Shown: positions 10,717-22,415, counted from the first letter of the stretch. The stretch is DNA of 52,972 nt from a virus (IMGVR_UViG_3300031688_000024:1-52972), one strand, 5' to 3'. Numbers and translations are program-made. Notes: generated from the sequence alone by a model not told the origin.

Positions 10717-11438
10717 ATTAAGTTACTATTCAACTCCTCTAATTTAATCAACGATAGTAAATCATTACCCGAATTAGTTACTTTACCTTCAACTTCCGAT
10801 ATCAAAGAAGATAACTCCTTATTGTCTTTTAATGTTGAGATACTTTCACTAATTTGGTTTTTTAAGTCAATAATAGATTCATTAATTTCTAACGTAGTTA
10901 ATTTACGATACTTAAGAAAGGATTCTTTTTCAGATTCAGTCATAACCTCAAACTTGTCGTTAAACTTAGAAGTTAAAACATGATTTAAGATTGATTGAGT
11001 TACCGGTGAGTAATTCTCTGATAGATTTCTCGATTCAGTTAATTTGTCGACGAAAAACCCTTTTGATTCAATCCTTTCGATTAATGTGTCATACCCTGTT
11101 TTATGAACTAAAGTGTCTAAATTTTTAGTATACTCATTTTCATTACAAACAACACTTCCGAAAATAGTTTCTAACTTATTGATGCCTGACATATAATTTT
11201 CAGACATTAACGACTTAATCTCATTAACGGCTTCAGTTATAAATTCAGACGCGACTTCCTCACTGGAAATGTATTTATTTTCCATATCGGTATATATGTT
11301 AAAGACTTTAGATAAGTCTTTATTTTCGTTTAATACCGACATAAACATTTTTAATGTTTTTTTAAACTCCTCTTTGTTAGAGTAAGTCTCCGATAATTTA
11401 GTATAAACTTGATTTCTTAATTTTCCTAAGGTAGTCAT
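10713..11438 (-). CDS. Hypothetical helical protein downstream of portal
   Basis: 241 aa; putative late motif upstream. Confidence 0.7.
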   Translation of the reverse strand: MTTLGKLRNQVYTKLSETYSNKEEFKKTLKMFMSVLNENKDLSKVFNIYTDMENKYISSEEVASEFITEAVNEIKSLMSENYMSGINKLETIFGSVVCNENEYTKNLDTLVHKTGYDTLIERIESKGFFVDKLTESRNLSENYSPVTQSILNHVLTSKFNDKFEVMTESEKESFLKYRKLTTLEINESIIDLKNQISESISTLKDNKELSSLISEVEGKVTNSGNDLLSLIKLEELNSNLI

Positions 11439-11478
11439 ATTACAAACTTTTATTATAAATATCTAAAAAATGAGTTAA

Positions 11479-13308
11479 TTACTCATCTAATAACTTTTTT
11501 AGTTTATTTTCCATTACGGAAATCTCTCTCTGTCCTTTAGAGAGGTCCAGTTTTGTTGGGTGACCGAAATCTTTATGTTCTAATATTAATGAAATGTCGT
11601 CCGTGTTTATAGATTCCCCTAATTCACCCCCCATATCTATAGGTTCATCAGATGTGGTATCGTCCATCGACATATCATTACCCATATCGATATCCCCTTC
11701 AGACTCTTCAGAATTTTCACCATCTTCACCATCTTCTATTTCGGACTCAGGTTCCCCATATAATTCGTCTATATTTGAGAATACCCCTGTGGTCTTAATA
11801 ACCTCCGGTGTTTTTTCTAATTCAGCAGCGATTGCTCGTTCAAAACGTTGTTGTTGTAAGTCTAACTTCACTTCTTCATCGGACATACCTAAAATAGTTT
11901 TCTTAGCCCACGTATGTGAAACTGCTGAAATACCATTCCCTGGGTCACTAACCGCGTCTTTATAAAGTAATATCTTTTCTTTCCACGCCTCAACCTTAAG
12001 TAGTTCCGACTGTGTTGATGGATTAGTTAACCCTAATGTGAAGTTATTCAACTCATCCTCCATACCTAACATATAAAGGTGAATGATTGCGATTTTATTC
12101 AACTCCTGAATCATCGCCTTTTGTATTCTATTTACAGTTCTAGCAAAACGTATATCCTGTAAAGATAAGTTCTTACCATCCGCAACGACATCCTCAAAAC
12201 CTAAAAACGCTTTTGGGATACGAAGAGCCGCTAATAATTTCTTTTGTATGTACTCTATATCTGCAATCTCAGATAAATTCTGAGCTCCTGGTAGAGTATC
12301 TATAGGGTTTGGAGCATTAGGGTCACGAACGGGTATAAAATAATCTTGGTCCACTGCCATTTGATTGTATCGTTGGTCTACATTCCCATTTAATGGGTCA
12401 ACTACGTTATCTCTCTTAAATTTGTTTGCGATTCTATTAACGTATTGGTCAACATCTTTATCGTCCATATTACCTACGAATACCTTAAAAACTCTTCTTT
12501 CAGGTGCTCTCGAAGTTCTATAGATTAACATAGCGTCTTCAGCTAAAACTAATTGTTTCCATATACGTCTAGCCTTTTCTAACATAGAGGTACCGTAAGG
12601 TAGTTTTCTATCATCACCTAATAATCTAAAGTGAGCCACTTCCCATACGTTGAATTCCATCATTTTCTCCTTCCATACATACTTAGTCTCACGGGATTCA
12701 GATGCGTCAGCAGTATTCCCATGTGAACCACTAATATGCATCCCTTTTTCCACTCTTTCGATTTCGATGTTAGGTAATTGATTACAACCGATAATTCCCT
12801 TCTTAGGGTCTAATTTTAGATATACAAAATCATCCCCATATTTACAAGTATTTCTTGTCCACATAGGTAGGTTAGTGTCGATATCTAAAACATTATTAAA
12901 TAAATCCCCTAAAATCGACTTAATTCTCTTACTCTCAGAATAAATATTTAACATAAATCCTTGTTCTGACATTGTAGTTGCTTCTTCAGCGTAGATGTCT
13001 AACGCGGCAGATATTTCAGGAGTGAACTCCATCGACTCATAGTCGTAATATCCCGCCATACGGTTAGGTTCATGATATACCGCTTTCTGATATAACTCAC
13101 TATCCACCTTTTTCCATTGGTTATTAAGAAACATCGACTGTTGAGCCTGTAACTTTTCTTGTTCGTATTCCGCCTTATCGGTAGTACGAAGTAATTCCTT
13201 TTTATCAAAATTATATGTGGGCGTAGGGTCACTCAAGGGTGTCCCACCTTGATTACCATTGAATAGCCCACCTATCCTTTGAAAAACTGTATATTTTTGC
13301 TCAGCCAT
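11479..13308 (-). CDS. gp20: Portal protein, T4 gp20-like
   Basis: YGTSMLEKAR, LAEDAMLIYRTSRAPERRVF, DYFIPVR and IDTLPG motifs. Confidence 0.96.
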   Translation of the reverse strand: MAEQKYTVFQRIGGLFNGNQGGTPLSDPTPTYNFDKKELLRTTDKAEYEQEKLQAQQSMFLNNQWKKVDSELYQKAVYHEPNRMAGYYDYESMEFTPEISAALDIYAEEATTMSEQGFMLNIYSESKRIKSILGDLFNNVLDIDTNLPMWTRNTCKYGDDFVYLKLDPKKGIIGCNQLPNIEIERVEKGMHISGSHGNTADASESRETKYVWKEKMMEFNVWEVAHFRLLGDDRKLPYGTSMLEKARRIWKQLVLAEDAMLIYRTSRAPERRVFKVFVGNMDDKDVDQYVNRIANKFKRDNVVDPLNGNVDQRYNQMAVDQDYFIPVRDPNAPNPIDTLPGAQNLSEIADIEYIQKKLLAALRIPKAFLGFEDVVADGKNLSLQDIRFARTVNRIQKAMIQELNKIAIIHLYMLGMEDELNNFTLGLTNPSTQSELLKVEAWKEKILLYKDAVSDPGNGISAVSHTWAKKTILGMSDEEVKLDLQQQRFERAIAAELEKTPEVIKTTGVFSNIDELYGEPESEIEDGEDGENSEESEGDIDMGNDMSMDDTTSDEPIDMGGELGESINTDDISLILEHKDFGHPTKLDLSKGQREISVMENKLKKLLDE

Positions 13309-13366
13309 TTTGTTATATGTATATTCAAAATAAGAATAGTCCTTATATAATTATAAGTCAATCTTA

Positions 13367-15133
13367 CTATTTTCTTTTTCCACCACCCATTAACCAAGAA
13401 TAGTCCAGATAATCTTGTCTAGTCGCTCCTCCGTTACTTCGGTTATGTCCGTTATTATGTAACCCTCTTAATGGGTCGTATGGGTCAGATGTCGGAGAAA
13501 ATACCCCACCCGGTATCTTTTCCCTACTGGTCACAGTCCAACCTTCTAATAATGCCTTTGTACCTGATTCAGACGCTTTTAATAATGAGAATGAAAATTC
13601 CCCAACGTAAATACACATAGCCATTGCCATGATTAAATCATCGTGTTGTCCTTTCATATGGTCAGCCTTCCCATTTATATAAACAAATGTATTCATTTCA
13701 TTAACTAGTCGACTCGATTTAACCACAAAGTCGTGTCTTAATGCCTCTTCAAATGACGCGACAATTTGAGTTCTTTTAGAATTAAACGATAAACCCGGCA
13801 TTTTATCCTGAGATTTAGGGTTCCACGACCACTTATCAAATGCACTTACTCCGTCAGTATATAAATCCTTATAACCCATTTCCTGTAATTTCCTCACGGT
13901 TGCGACTCCCATCCCACCTGTAATATCGACCACGGTAAATGCGCTATACATCGTACCCCACTTATAACAAATATCCGCCAATTCATCTGGCGGTATTTTA
14001 CCTAAATACTCCATTACCTGTTCTCTTGTGTCGAAATCTATAATACATATAGATGAAAAATCTTCACTATCCCCACGAGAAACGTCAACACCCATAATAT
14101 AACGATGACCTTTGATTGGTTCTTTCCATAACCATATCTGACCCGCCATGTATTTTTCCTTTGGTTCCTCAATCATTGTGGTTTTAATTCTTTCGATTGT
14201 GTCCGATGGTATAACATTATCCCCCGAACCTAAAAAGTTGTTCTCTAACTCCTGTGAAATTTTACGCTTATCGTATTTAAGTTTTTTAGACATAGACTCA
14301 AACCAACTCGAATAAGGTTTATACCCACCAGATACTAACTCAGGGTATTTAGTTTGGTCTAACTCTTTCAATAACACTTCGTTATCATCGTAGTGTTGTC
14401 TATTTAACATATAGTGTACTATGTCCTTACATTTCACCCACATCAAATCTTTAGTGAAACGAGGGTCTTTATACCACACCATTTCAGTTATCTTAAAGTC
14501 ATTCATTCCTGATTGACTCTGAGCGTATATTTCATAATAGATTTTATCAAACCCGTTTGGTGTTGAAACTACTATTACCTTACCACCGGTAGATAACGAA
14601 GCCATACAGGCAGCCCAAAAATCATTACCCGCCTCAATATAAGCCGCTTCATCAAAGATTAATATCGTTGGAGTATACCCCCTCAACGCATCCATAGAGG
14701 TCGCTACCGATTTAACCTCACTACCATTATTTAATCTAAAATGTGATTGAGAGTCCTTATCCTTAGAGAAACCAACATTAATCCATTCTGGCCATTGAAC
14801 TAAAAACCCCCTAACCTTATTGGTCATTTCCTTGGCGGTGTCTAATTTATTAGCGATGATTAATATTTTTTCAGGTTTCTTTGGTGATGCGAATTGTAAT
14901 TTCTTACTGGCCCATGCTGCGGTTGCAGTTGATACACCAGCTTGTCGATACTTTAATGCTAAATTCTCATTGTAGTCGTCATAATCCCGAATTAGTTGTA
15001 ATTGGTCTGGGAATAATTCGAAAGGAACAAACTTTTGTTGCGTATTATCATACGTCTCCAAATACGTCTTTAATGCGTATGGGGTGTCTTTAAGACATTT
15101 AGAATACTCTTGTATTAATTCCTTTTTCGTCAT
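13367..15133 (-). CDS. gp17: Terminase large subunit, T4 gp17-like
   Basis: Walker A KYRQAGVST, Walker B LIFDEAA, motif III VSTPNG, nuclease GVDVSRG and HDDLIMA. Confidence 0.96.
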   Translation of the reverse strand: MTKKELIQEYSKCLKDTPYALKTYLETYDNTQQKFVPFELFPDQLQLIRDYDDYNENLALKYRQAGVSTATAAWASKKLQFASPKKPEKILIIANKLDTAKEMTNKVRGFLVQWPEWINVGFSKDKDSQSHFRLNNGSEVKSVATSMDALRGYTPTILIFDEAAYIEAGNDFWAACMASLSTGGKVIVVSTPNGFDKIYYEIYAQSQSGMNDFKITEMVWYKDPRFTKDLMWVKCKDIVHYMLNRQHYDDNEVLLKELDQTKYPELVSGGYKPYSSWFESMSKKLKYDKRKISQELENNFLGSGDNVIPSDTIERIKTTMIEEPKEKYMAGQIWLWKEPIKGHRYIMGVDVSRGDSEDFSSICIIDFDTREQVMEYLGKIPPDELADICYKWGTMYSAFTVVDITGGMGVATVRKLQEMGYKDLYTDGVSAFDKWSWNPKSQDKMPGLSFNSKRTQIVASFEEALRHDFVVKSSRLVNEMNTFVYINGKADHMKGQHDDLIMAMAMCIYVGEFSFSLLKASESGTKALLEGWTVTSREKIPGGVFSPTSDPYDPLRGLHNNGHNRSNGGATRQDYLDYSWLMGGGKRK

Positions 15134-15184
15134 ATAATATAAATATGTGGAATTGTCATTTACCCTTAGAAATAGTATAGACCA

Positions 15185-15211
15185 AAAAAAAAGGGAACTA
15201 AGTTCCCTTTT
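15185..15211. terminator. Bidirectional-type intrinsic terminator
   Basis: AAAAGGGAAC-taa-GTTCCCTTTT hairpin with A/T runs. Confidence 0.75.
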
Positions 15212-15227
15212 TGTTAATTATTTTTCT

Positions 15228-16592
15228 TTAATTTAGACTTATACCTAATCCACTTAAAAAGTCACCTAAATCATCATCATTAAAACCGTCCGAGATGTCT
15301 TCCATACTATCTCTAAAAGATTCCATAGCGTCTTCAGCGTCTTCACCTTTCATTCTTTCGATAATGCCGTCAACTAATTGTTGTAGTGTTTGCCTACCTT
15401 GGTTAGTTCCTTTAATAACTTCATTAGCCAATGACAATAATGTCTTAGCATCTAATATTACAAACTCAGCGTAAAGTGCGTTCTGTAAAAATTTCTTATC
15501 TTCATCGATTAAGATGTCTTGTGGATAAGAGGCTCTAAATCTGTCCCATATTGCAGGTCCTAAACGTAAATCCCATATCTCTTTATCTAAAGTATCCTCC
15601 ATCTCCATAACTTTCTCCGCTTGTTCAGATGATAAGTCGTTCATTGAGTATGACCCTAAATATTCTTTAATTCCTTTAATTAATTCGTGTAGTAATATTG
15701 GGAATGATACTGCGGTTGCTTTGATTGTTGGTGGGTCTGTTTCCATATCCACTTCTTCTCTTCCACCTACAGGTGCTTCACCACCACCAGGTGCTCCACC
15801 CGGTAACATCATACTAGCAGGAACCTGCCAATACAACATATCGTTCGCCGTCATCATTACACCATATTGGTTAAATAATTCGTCTGAACCTGTTAATGCT
15901 CTTAGTTCCTGTTGAACTAACGCGTACATATAATGTCCTCTTTTTGATGAACCTTGCATGATTGAATTAATAAAACGTCTTTTAGCCCTTTCTAATTTTA
16001 AATCGTCGAAAGTTTCAAACGCTTGTTCCTCAACCTCAAAATCTTCTTCTTCTGTTTCCTCAGGTGTTTGTGTGAAATCATCTTGTTTAACTTGACCCAT
16101 TCCCACTAACTTAGCGGATATCATGAATCTTTTCTCAGGATGGGACTTAATACCCCACTCTCCCGGAGCGATTTCTTCTAAACCCTCTTCGGCTATAACT
16201 AAACTGATTGCTAATTTCTCTAACTCAGACTTGTGTTCTGCCTCAGTTCTTTGAATACTAGTAAACGATTGTCCAATCAATGGCATCAATTGCATAACGC
16301 CACTCATACCTGTTCCTACGTTTTCAACTCCCGTAGCGGATTTTAATTTTTCAACCACCTGAGCATATCTCTCAGATGCTAATAATTCTTGAAAATTATC
16401 TGGAATCCCATCTTTGTCAACGTCAACATCTAATGCTGGGTTGTCAGATAATGGGGTTGTTTTGTCAGCTAAAGATTTCTCTATAGATGGGTCGGGTCTC
16501 TGTGGACCGTCAAATTGCATCGGCATCTCGTCTAAGTTTTTCTTGATTTCAGCTAAGATACTGCTTTTTGATATAAATCCTAAATTCTTCAT
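15228..16592 (-). CDS. Hypothetical virion-associated protein
   Basis: 454 aa ORF in the late cluster; no family recognised. Confidence 0.7.
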   Translation of the reverse strand: MKNLGFISKSSILAEIKKNLDEMPMQFDGPQRPDPSIEKSLADKTTPLSDNPALDVDVDKDGIPDNFQELLASERYAQVVEKLKSATGVENVGTGMSGVMQLMPLIGQSFTSIQRTEAEHKSELEKLAISLVIAEEGLEEIAPGEWGIKSHPEKRFMISAKLVGMGQVKQDDFTQTPEETEEEDFEVEEQAFETFDDLKLERAKRRFINSIMQGSSKRGHYMYALVQQELRALTGSDELFNQYGVMMTANDMLYWQVPASMMLPGGAPGGGEAPVGGREEVDMETDPPTIKATAVSFPILLHELIKGIKEYLGSYSMNDLSSEQAEKVMEMEDTLDKEIWDLRLGPAIWDRFRASYPQDILIDEDKKFLQNALYAEFVILDAKTLLSLANEVIKGTNQGRQTLQQLVDGIIERMKGEDAEDAMESFRDSMEDISDGFNDDDLGDFLSGLGISLN

Positions 16593-16593
16593 C

Positions 16594-17718
16594 TTATTTT
16601 TTCATTTTAGGATGTTTAGACCCTCTTTGTTTTGGTAAACCACCTAATGTTTCATCACCACCAGCAAAAGAACGACCATTTTCTTCTAAGTCTTCCTCTT
16701 CCATTTGTGCCTTTGGTTTCGGCGCGTGTTTAGGTTTAATAATTGGTTTTCCAGGTTTAATACCAGGTATTGTAGTTGGCTTAACAGGTGTCTCTACAGG
16801 TGAATTACCCACTAAAGACCCTAATTTTCCGTCAAATAAATCAAAATTCATAAATTCAGGTAGTGTTTCGGTTTCTATTTCGGCTAAGATAGGTGTTTCT
16901 CCTGTAATCTCACTAAGATATTTTAGTAATTCTTTCTTAGTTGTTTTAGATTCGGACACAGACCCTGACATAGATTTATTACCTTTGGTTTTACCTCCGA
17001 TATTACCTTTCTCATTTGGTTGTGCGAAACCTGTATGTCCTGATTTAGAAACGGCCTTAGATTGTGTTCCTGCCTTTACAAACTTAACACTATTAAGTGT
17101 ACCGTCTGTTTTATCTAAACGGTTATCTGAAACTTTACTAGACTCTACCGTCTTATCCCATCCCTTATCCACTGAAAGTGGTTTTTGGTATTTAGAGTCT
17201 TCGTCTAAATCCGTTTCGATGGTATCTTTATCATCATCTTCTTCAGTTGCCGGAGCGAACATTTGAACCAACATATTGAATTGTTCTTTGAAGTGAGACC
17301 TTAAATATGCTCGTTTTCCGTTATCGATTAAACTATTCTTGTCTATTTGATACTCTTCCCATTCGGACCAGTAGATATCAACCGCACTTTCAACTGCGGA
17401 TTCAAGTTCATCACTAAATGGACTTGGCATTGTTTCAGGTTCCCCTAAATCACTATGGACCGAACGATTAAATGCCGTTTGGTCTGATGAGCCCCACTCA
17501 TTAATTTCACCTTTAGTCGTTTCCTCAGAAACTTCGATAGTGTCGTCAGAGTTAACTTTATCTTTTATCTTATCTACGTTTTCCGCACTTACTTTGAAAG
17601 TAGCCTCACTAAAAATACGGGAATGTAATACATTCACTTGTTTTTTAGTTAATGAAGATAGCGTATTATCTGAAAATCCTTCAGATAATAATTCATTGTA
17701 AAATTTATTATTCTTCAT
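16594..17718 (-). CDS. Hypothetical low-complexity protein (possible internal head protein)
   Basis: 374 aa, Pro/Lys-rich C-terminus, many xxE sites. Confidence 0.65.
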   Translation of the reverse strand: MKNNKFYNELLSEGFSDNTLSSLTKKQVNVLHSRIFSEATFKVSAENVDKIKDKVNSDDTIEVSEETTKGEINEWGSSDQTAFNRSVHSDLGEPETMPSPFSDELESAVESAVDIYWSEWEEYQIDKNSLIDNGKRAYLRSHFKEQFNMLVQMFAPATEEDDDKDTIETDLDEDSKYQKPLSVDKGWDKTVESSKVSDNRLDKTDGTLNSVKFVKAGTQSKAVSKSGHTGFAQPNEKGNIGGKTKGNKSMSGSVSESKTTKKELLKYLSEITGETPILAEIETETLPEFMNFDLFDGKLGSLVGNSPVETPVKPTTIPGIKPGKPIIKPKHAPKPKAQMEEEDLEENGRSFAGGDETLGGLPKQRGSKHPKMKK

Positions 17719-18130
17719 TTTCTTTAATTAAATTTGTCATTTTATCGAACTCTAAGATTAAATCACGTTCGTATAATTTATCTATGATGACCTCTAAAGA
17801 TTCACCATATCTAAACACTAACCGTGTTTTATCTTCCTTTAATATCTCATCGGTTTCAGCGTCTTCCCACGAAAGTGCGATTACATCCTCGACCGAGTCA
17901 TACACACAAAAGTAATCAGAGTTTTGAATTAAGTGTAGTTTTAAGTTAGACTCTTTTAATGAGCCGACCTTACTTATGTATTGTAATTCAGGTGGGTGTG
18001 CGTTTCCATATGCGGGTACGGTATCCCATCCATCACCAAAAGGTTCGCAGTCCGAGTACCCGAAGATAAACTCATATACGTTATTACCTAAGTAGTTAGG
18101 CCCTAATTCGTTTACATAAATCAATTTCAT
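17708..18130 (-). CDS. Hypothetical protein
   Basis: 140 aa, overlaps its neighbour. Confidence 0.7.
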   Translation of the reverse strand: MKLIYVNELGPNYLGNNVYEFIFGYSDCEPFGDGWDTVPAYGNAHPPELQYISKVGSLKESNLKLHLIQNSDYFCVYDSVEDVIALSWEDAETDEILKEDKTRLVFRYGESLEVIIDKLYERDLILEFDKMTNLIKENEE

Positions 18131-18131
18131 A

Positions 18132-19361
18132 TTAGTCTACAAAGTATTTACCCAAAACGTTATCAATTTTCGTATCCATGTCAGTCTCATTTAAATCACC
18201 AAAAATCATTTTCCCTAACGCGTCGATATTATCATGTGTCGGGTTAATGTCTTTTAAAACTGATGATAATTTTCCTGTAGTATCTACAGAGTCAGACTTA
18301 TCTAATTCTCCCGCGATTTTATCAGTACCTTTAGATACTGCTTGAGATGCGAACGAATTAATTTGTTTTCTACCTTCAGGGTTTGTTGCGTAATACTTAA
18401 CGAATTTACCACCTAATTTAGAAAGTCCGTCCATAAATGCACCTTCATCTAAATCACTTTCAACGATTTCATCAGATTCTATATCTAATAATTCACCTAA
18501 ATCTGCGATTGGAGTTTCATCCATCTCATCATCTAATCCTTCCATGTCAAAATCCATTTCTTCGTCGTCTAACCCAATCTCTTCAGAGTCCATTGATGAC
18601 TCCTCGTCAGACTCAATTTCGAAATTTTCTAACTCCTCAAAGTTAGTCATCACATCAGATAAATCCTCCTCATCTAACCTAGATAAATCCACGGCAGATA
18701 TGATTGAATTTAAAACATATTTTATGTCAGAAGAATCTAGGTCTACTTTCATCTCTCTAAGAGCTTGACCTAATTTCCCTGTTAATTTTTGTACTTTTTT
18801 TAGTTTACCGTCATCGTCACCGATTCCAAGGTCTTCCGTTGGTTCGTCACCGATTTCAGATTCGTCAGAAACTTCATCACCTAATCCTTCAACATCGAAT
18901 TCCTCTTCACTCCCCATTTCAGGTTCAGTATTCATAGGTTCGATTTCCATCTCAGGTTCGTCAACCATAATTGGTTCCGGTGTTGGTTCCGCAGCTGGTT
19001 TCTTTAATACGAATTTAGTTTCATTTAAAACTGGGTCTTCCTTCCCTTCATTAAATTGTTCGTTTAATGGTTTTAACATTAAGTTAATCTTCTTTAACGC
19101 ACCTGCGTAAGAATTAAATCTATATCTGTTTCTGTTTAACATACCGTCAACGTAATCTAAAGTAGTTTCATTTAGCCCTACCTTAACGTAGTAACCGTCA
19201 TTTTCTTTTACGATTGCGTATGTATTACCGTCTACGGCGTTTTTTGAGTATTCGGTTTTAGTTTCATTTAATTTTGAACTTTTACTTCCGAAGTTAGCGA
19301 TTTCGATAATTCTTTGAATTTTCTCGTCACCTGTAAGTTTTTCACTTCCTAATGGTTTCAT
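18132..19361 (-). CDS. Acidic hypothetical protein (possible core/internal head protein)
   Basis: 409 aa, acidic linkers, LNE motifs, putative late motif upstream. Confidence 0.65.
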   Translation of the reverse strand: MKPLGSEKLTGDEKIQRIIEIANFGSKSSKLNETKTEYSKNAVDGNTYAIVKENDGYYVKVGLNETTLDYVDGMLNRNRYRFNSYAGALKKINLMLKPLNEQFNEGKEDPVLNETKFVLKKPAAEPTPEPIMVDEPEMEIEPMNTEPEMGSEEEFDVEGLGDEVSDESEIGDEPTEDLGIGDDDGKLKKVQKLTGKLGQALREMKVDLDSSDIKYVLNSIISAVDLSRLDEEDLSDVMTNFEELENFEIESDEESSMDSEEIGLDDEEMDFDMEGLDDEMDETPIADLGELLDIESDEIVESDLDEGAFMDGLSKLGGKFVKYYATNPEGRKQINSFASQAVSKGTDKIAGELDKSDSVDTTGKLSSVLKDINPTHDNIDALGKMIFGDLNETDMDTKIDNVLGKYFVD

Positions 19362-19436
19362 TATAATGTTTTTTAACTATTAATAGTTTATGTTGTATAT
19401 ACCTCTATAAATATTAAAGAAATAGTAAAATGGTAA

Positions 19437-20195
19437 TTAATCCTCGATATTAATCTCATCTAACGATAAAGACTTATCAACTAAGTCGTTTTTGGTGTCT
19501 AAAAGCTTACCAATATATCCATTTCTTCTAAGGAATTTAAATACTAAATTCTCATATGAGTACTCCCCATATTCTTCAAGACCTGTCGAACGGAATCGTT
19601 TTAATTTTTTTCTAATTTTGTCGATTGATTTGACCACTTCTTCGATGTCAGAACTACCTTTCGATTGTTCGACAACCTCGTCAATGATTGACATCCATTC
19701 GGATACCTTAGACATTAGTTTTTCCTCGTCGGGTTGTCTACCCCCCGGTTTTGGTTCCACTAACCACTTATCTTTTAATACTGAATAAACTCCTGACGAG
19801 AAATGAGCTTCTGTTTCGTCCTGGACATACAGTTCAACCTCAAACCCTTTTACTGTTATATCGTGAGAAGTATTCCAATTGATTTTCTTTGAATTAAAAA
19901 ACTCTTTAATGAATGATACGTTTTCCCCAACCTCTTCAAAATCTAATACTACGTGCAAATCCACATCCGAAAAATCAGACCAATTATAATTAGATAACGA
20001 CCCAGTCATAATGATATCGGCAATCTCTAACTCTATGACTAAGAATTCTATGAAGTCGTCAGAAATAGTTAATAATTGTTGTCTAACGTCTCTTTTCATT
20101 TGAGGGTTTCCTGTCGCTCCGTCCCATACGTCACCACATAACACTTCTTTAGTGTTGAAGGAATGTATTATTCTTTGTTCTCCGTTATTCTCCAT
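19437..20195 (-). CDS. Pol-beta superfamily nucleotidyltransferase
   Basis: TGSLSNYNWSDFSDVDLH (GS...DxD) and VELYV third carboxylate. Confidence 0.8.
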   Translation of the reverse strand: MENNGEQRIIHSFNTKEVLCGDVWDGATGNPQMKRDVRQQLLTISDDFIEFLVIELEIADIIMTGSLSNYNWSDFSDVDLHVVLDFEEVGENVSFIKEFFNSKKINWNTSHDITVKGFEVELYVQDETEAHFSSGVYSVLKDKWLVEPKPGGRQPDEEKLMSKVSEWMSIIDEVVEQSKGSSDIEEVVKSIDKIRKKLKRFRSTGLEEYGEYSYENLVFKFLRRNGYIGKLLDTKNDLVDKSLSLDEINIED

Positions 20196-20442
20196 CTTCT
20201 TCTATTTTAGTATATTCGAACGCTCGTCCGATATTTTTATTGAAGAAACTTCCTTGGGATTCTGACATTCTTAGTTTAGTGAAAACATCCCACGGTACCT
20301 CAGCGTATTCATACTTCTGTCCGTTTTTAAATTCCATTAACAATGTCTTAGCATCCGTATGATACTCCGCAGACGTTAAATTAGATGATTCGATGAACAC
20401 CTTAATTCTCTTTCCGCTAATTTTTTCTGATATAATAGCCAT
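20185..20442 (-). CDS. KTSC domain protein
   Basis: SSNLTSAEY...LLMEFKNG..YEY.EVP...SQGSFFNKNI. Confidence 0.9.
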   Translation of the reverse strand: MAIISEKISGKRIKVFIESSNLTSAEYHTDAKTLLMEFKNGQKYEYAEVPWDVFTKLRMSESQGSFFNKNIGRAFEYTKIEEDGE

Positions 20443-20506
20443 ATTCTGTAGTATTTAAATAAATATCTAAAAATGTAGTAAATAATCGATTATAAATAAC
20501 GGGCAT

Positions 20507-20532
20507 AAAAAAACCCCCATTAAGGGGGTTTT
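20507..20532. terminator. Intrinsic terminator after dnaK
   Basis: AAAACCCCC-attaa-GGGGGTTTT. Confidence 0.8.
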
Positions 20533-20534
20533 AA

Positions 20535-22382
20535 TTAACTTACATCTTCATAATCAACATCCGTCGTTCCGTCACCCTCTTCTTCGGGGGTCTCATAAAG
20601 TCGAGTGGTGATTTTAGTCCATACCTCTTCTAACTCTGTCTTTTTACTCTTAATGAGTAATATGTCTTTAGAGTCCTTGGCGTCGGTCAAGGATTTATTA
20701 AGTTCGATTAGTAACACTTTTTCTTCATCACTAATTTTATCCCCTAATTCCTCCATTTGTTTTTCAGTAGTGAAAATATAGGAATCCGCTTCGTTAATAG
20801 TGGTAACTTCCTCCTCTTTTTTCTTATCTTCATCTCGATTTAATTCCGCTTCGTCTCTCATTTTTTGAATTTCTTCCTCTGATAAACCGGTAGACGATTC
20901 GATTCTAATTTTTTGTTCTTTACCAGTCCCCTTATCGGTTGCCGATACACTAAGAATCCCATTGGCGTCGATATCGAAAGTTACCTCAATTTGAGGAATA
21001 CCTCTTGGAGCCATTGGAATACTTTCTAATTTGAAAGTACCTAAAGTTCTATTATCCGTGGCCATTGGTCTCTCCCCTTGTAATGCGTGGATTTCAACGA
21101 TTGTCTGGTTGTCCGATGCGGTTGAAAATGATTGAGATTTCTTTGTCGGTATTGTCGTGTTAGATTCGATTAATTTAGTCATTACCCCTCCCATTGTTTC
21201 AATACCCAACGATAATGGGGTGACATCTAATAATAGGACATCGGTTACATCACCGGACAATACACCCCCTTGGATTGCGGCTCCCATAGCGACTACCTCA
21301 TCAGGGTTCACTCCTTTACTCGGAGTTCTTTCGAAGTATTTCTCAACTGCCTCTTGGACTGAAGGAATCCTAGTCGACCCTCCAACTAAGATGACTTCGT
21401 CTATTTCTCCTAATGTAATACCCGCATCAGTCATCGCTTTAATACATGGGTCAATCGACCTCTTTACTAAATTAGATGTTAATCTATCAAAATCAGACCT
21501 TGTGAAGGTTGTCTCAAAATGGATTGGACCATTTGGTCCAACACTAATATACGGTAGGTTAACACTAGTCTGAGTTGCAGATGATAATTCAATCTTCGCC
21601 TTCTCAGCCGATTCACGTACACGTTGTAATGACATAGAGTCTTGTGATACATCAACCCCAGAGTTAGTTTTAATAAGTGAGGTGAAGTGTTTGATAATTG
21701 CTTCGTCAAAATCATCACCACCTAACTGAGTATCACCATTTGTGGATAATACTTCGAAAATTCCGTCACCTAATTCTAAGATGGAGATATCGAATGTACC
21801 ACCACCTAAATCGAAAACGGCAATTTTCATGTCTTTTTCTGTCTTATCTAACCCATACGCTAATGCTGCTGCGGTTGGTTCGTTAATAATACGTAACACC
21901 TCTAACCCCGCAATTTGACCCGCCTCTTTAGTTGCTTGTCGTTGGGAATCATTGAAATACGCGGGTACCGTAATGACTGCCTGTGTTACTTCCTCACCTA
22001 AGTATGCTTCAGCACTCTTACGTAGGTTTTGTAATACCATTGCAGAAATTTCCTGAGGAACATAATCCCTTTCATTTGCAATAATGGATACAGTATCCCC
22101 CTTACCTTTCTTAATTTTATAAACCACGTTTTTGTGATTCTCATTTAACTCCGAATAACGTTTACCGATAAATCTCTTAGCAGAGTATATCGTATTATCG
22201 GGGTTTGTTATCGACCCTCTTTTCGCAGAGTTACCTATATTAATGTTTCCGTCATGAAACGCGACTATTGAAGGTGTCGTTCTCGACCCTTCGGAATTAA
22301 CAACTACTTTAGGTCCTCCAGTCTCCATAACAGAGACACACGAATTTGTCGTTCCTAAATCAATACCAATTACTTTTCCCAT
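20535..22382 (-). CDS. dnaK: Chaperone DnaK (Hsp70)
   Basis: [37 protein letters not shown] and VNPDEVVA motifs. Confidence 0.98.
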   Translation of the reverse strand: MGKVIGIDLGTTNSCVSVMETGGPKVVVNSEGSRTTPSIVAFHDGNINIGNSAKRGSITNPDNTIYSAKRFIGKRYSELNENHKNVVYKIKKGKGDTVSIIANERDYVPQEISAMVLQNLRKSAEAYLGEEVTQAVITVPAYFNDSQRQATKEAGQIAGLEVLRIINEPTAAALAYGLDKTEKDMKIAVFDLGGGTFDISILELGDGIFEVLSTNGDTQLGGDDFDEAIIKHFTSLIKTNSGVDVSQDSMSLQRVRESAEKAKIELSSATQTSVNLPYISVGPNGPIHFETTFTRSDFDRLTSNLVKRSIDPCIKAMTDAGITLGEIDEVILVGGSTRIPSVQEAVEKYFERTPSKGVNPDEVVAMGAAIQGGVLSGDVTDVLLLDVTPLSLGIETMGGVMTKLIESNTTIPTKKSQSFSTASDNQTIVEIHALQGERPMATDNRTLGTFKLESIPMAPRGIPQIEVTFDIDANGILSVSATDKGTGKEQKIRIESSTGLSEEEIQKMRDEAELNRDEDKKKEEEVTTINEADSYIFTTEKQMEELGDKISDEEKVLLIELNKSLTDAKDSKDILLIKSKKTELEEVWTKITTRLYETPEEEGDGTTDVDYEDVS

Positions 22383-22415
22383 ATACTTCTTTTTAGTTTA
22401 CTTATTTAATTAATT

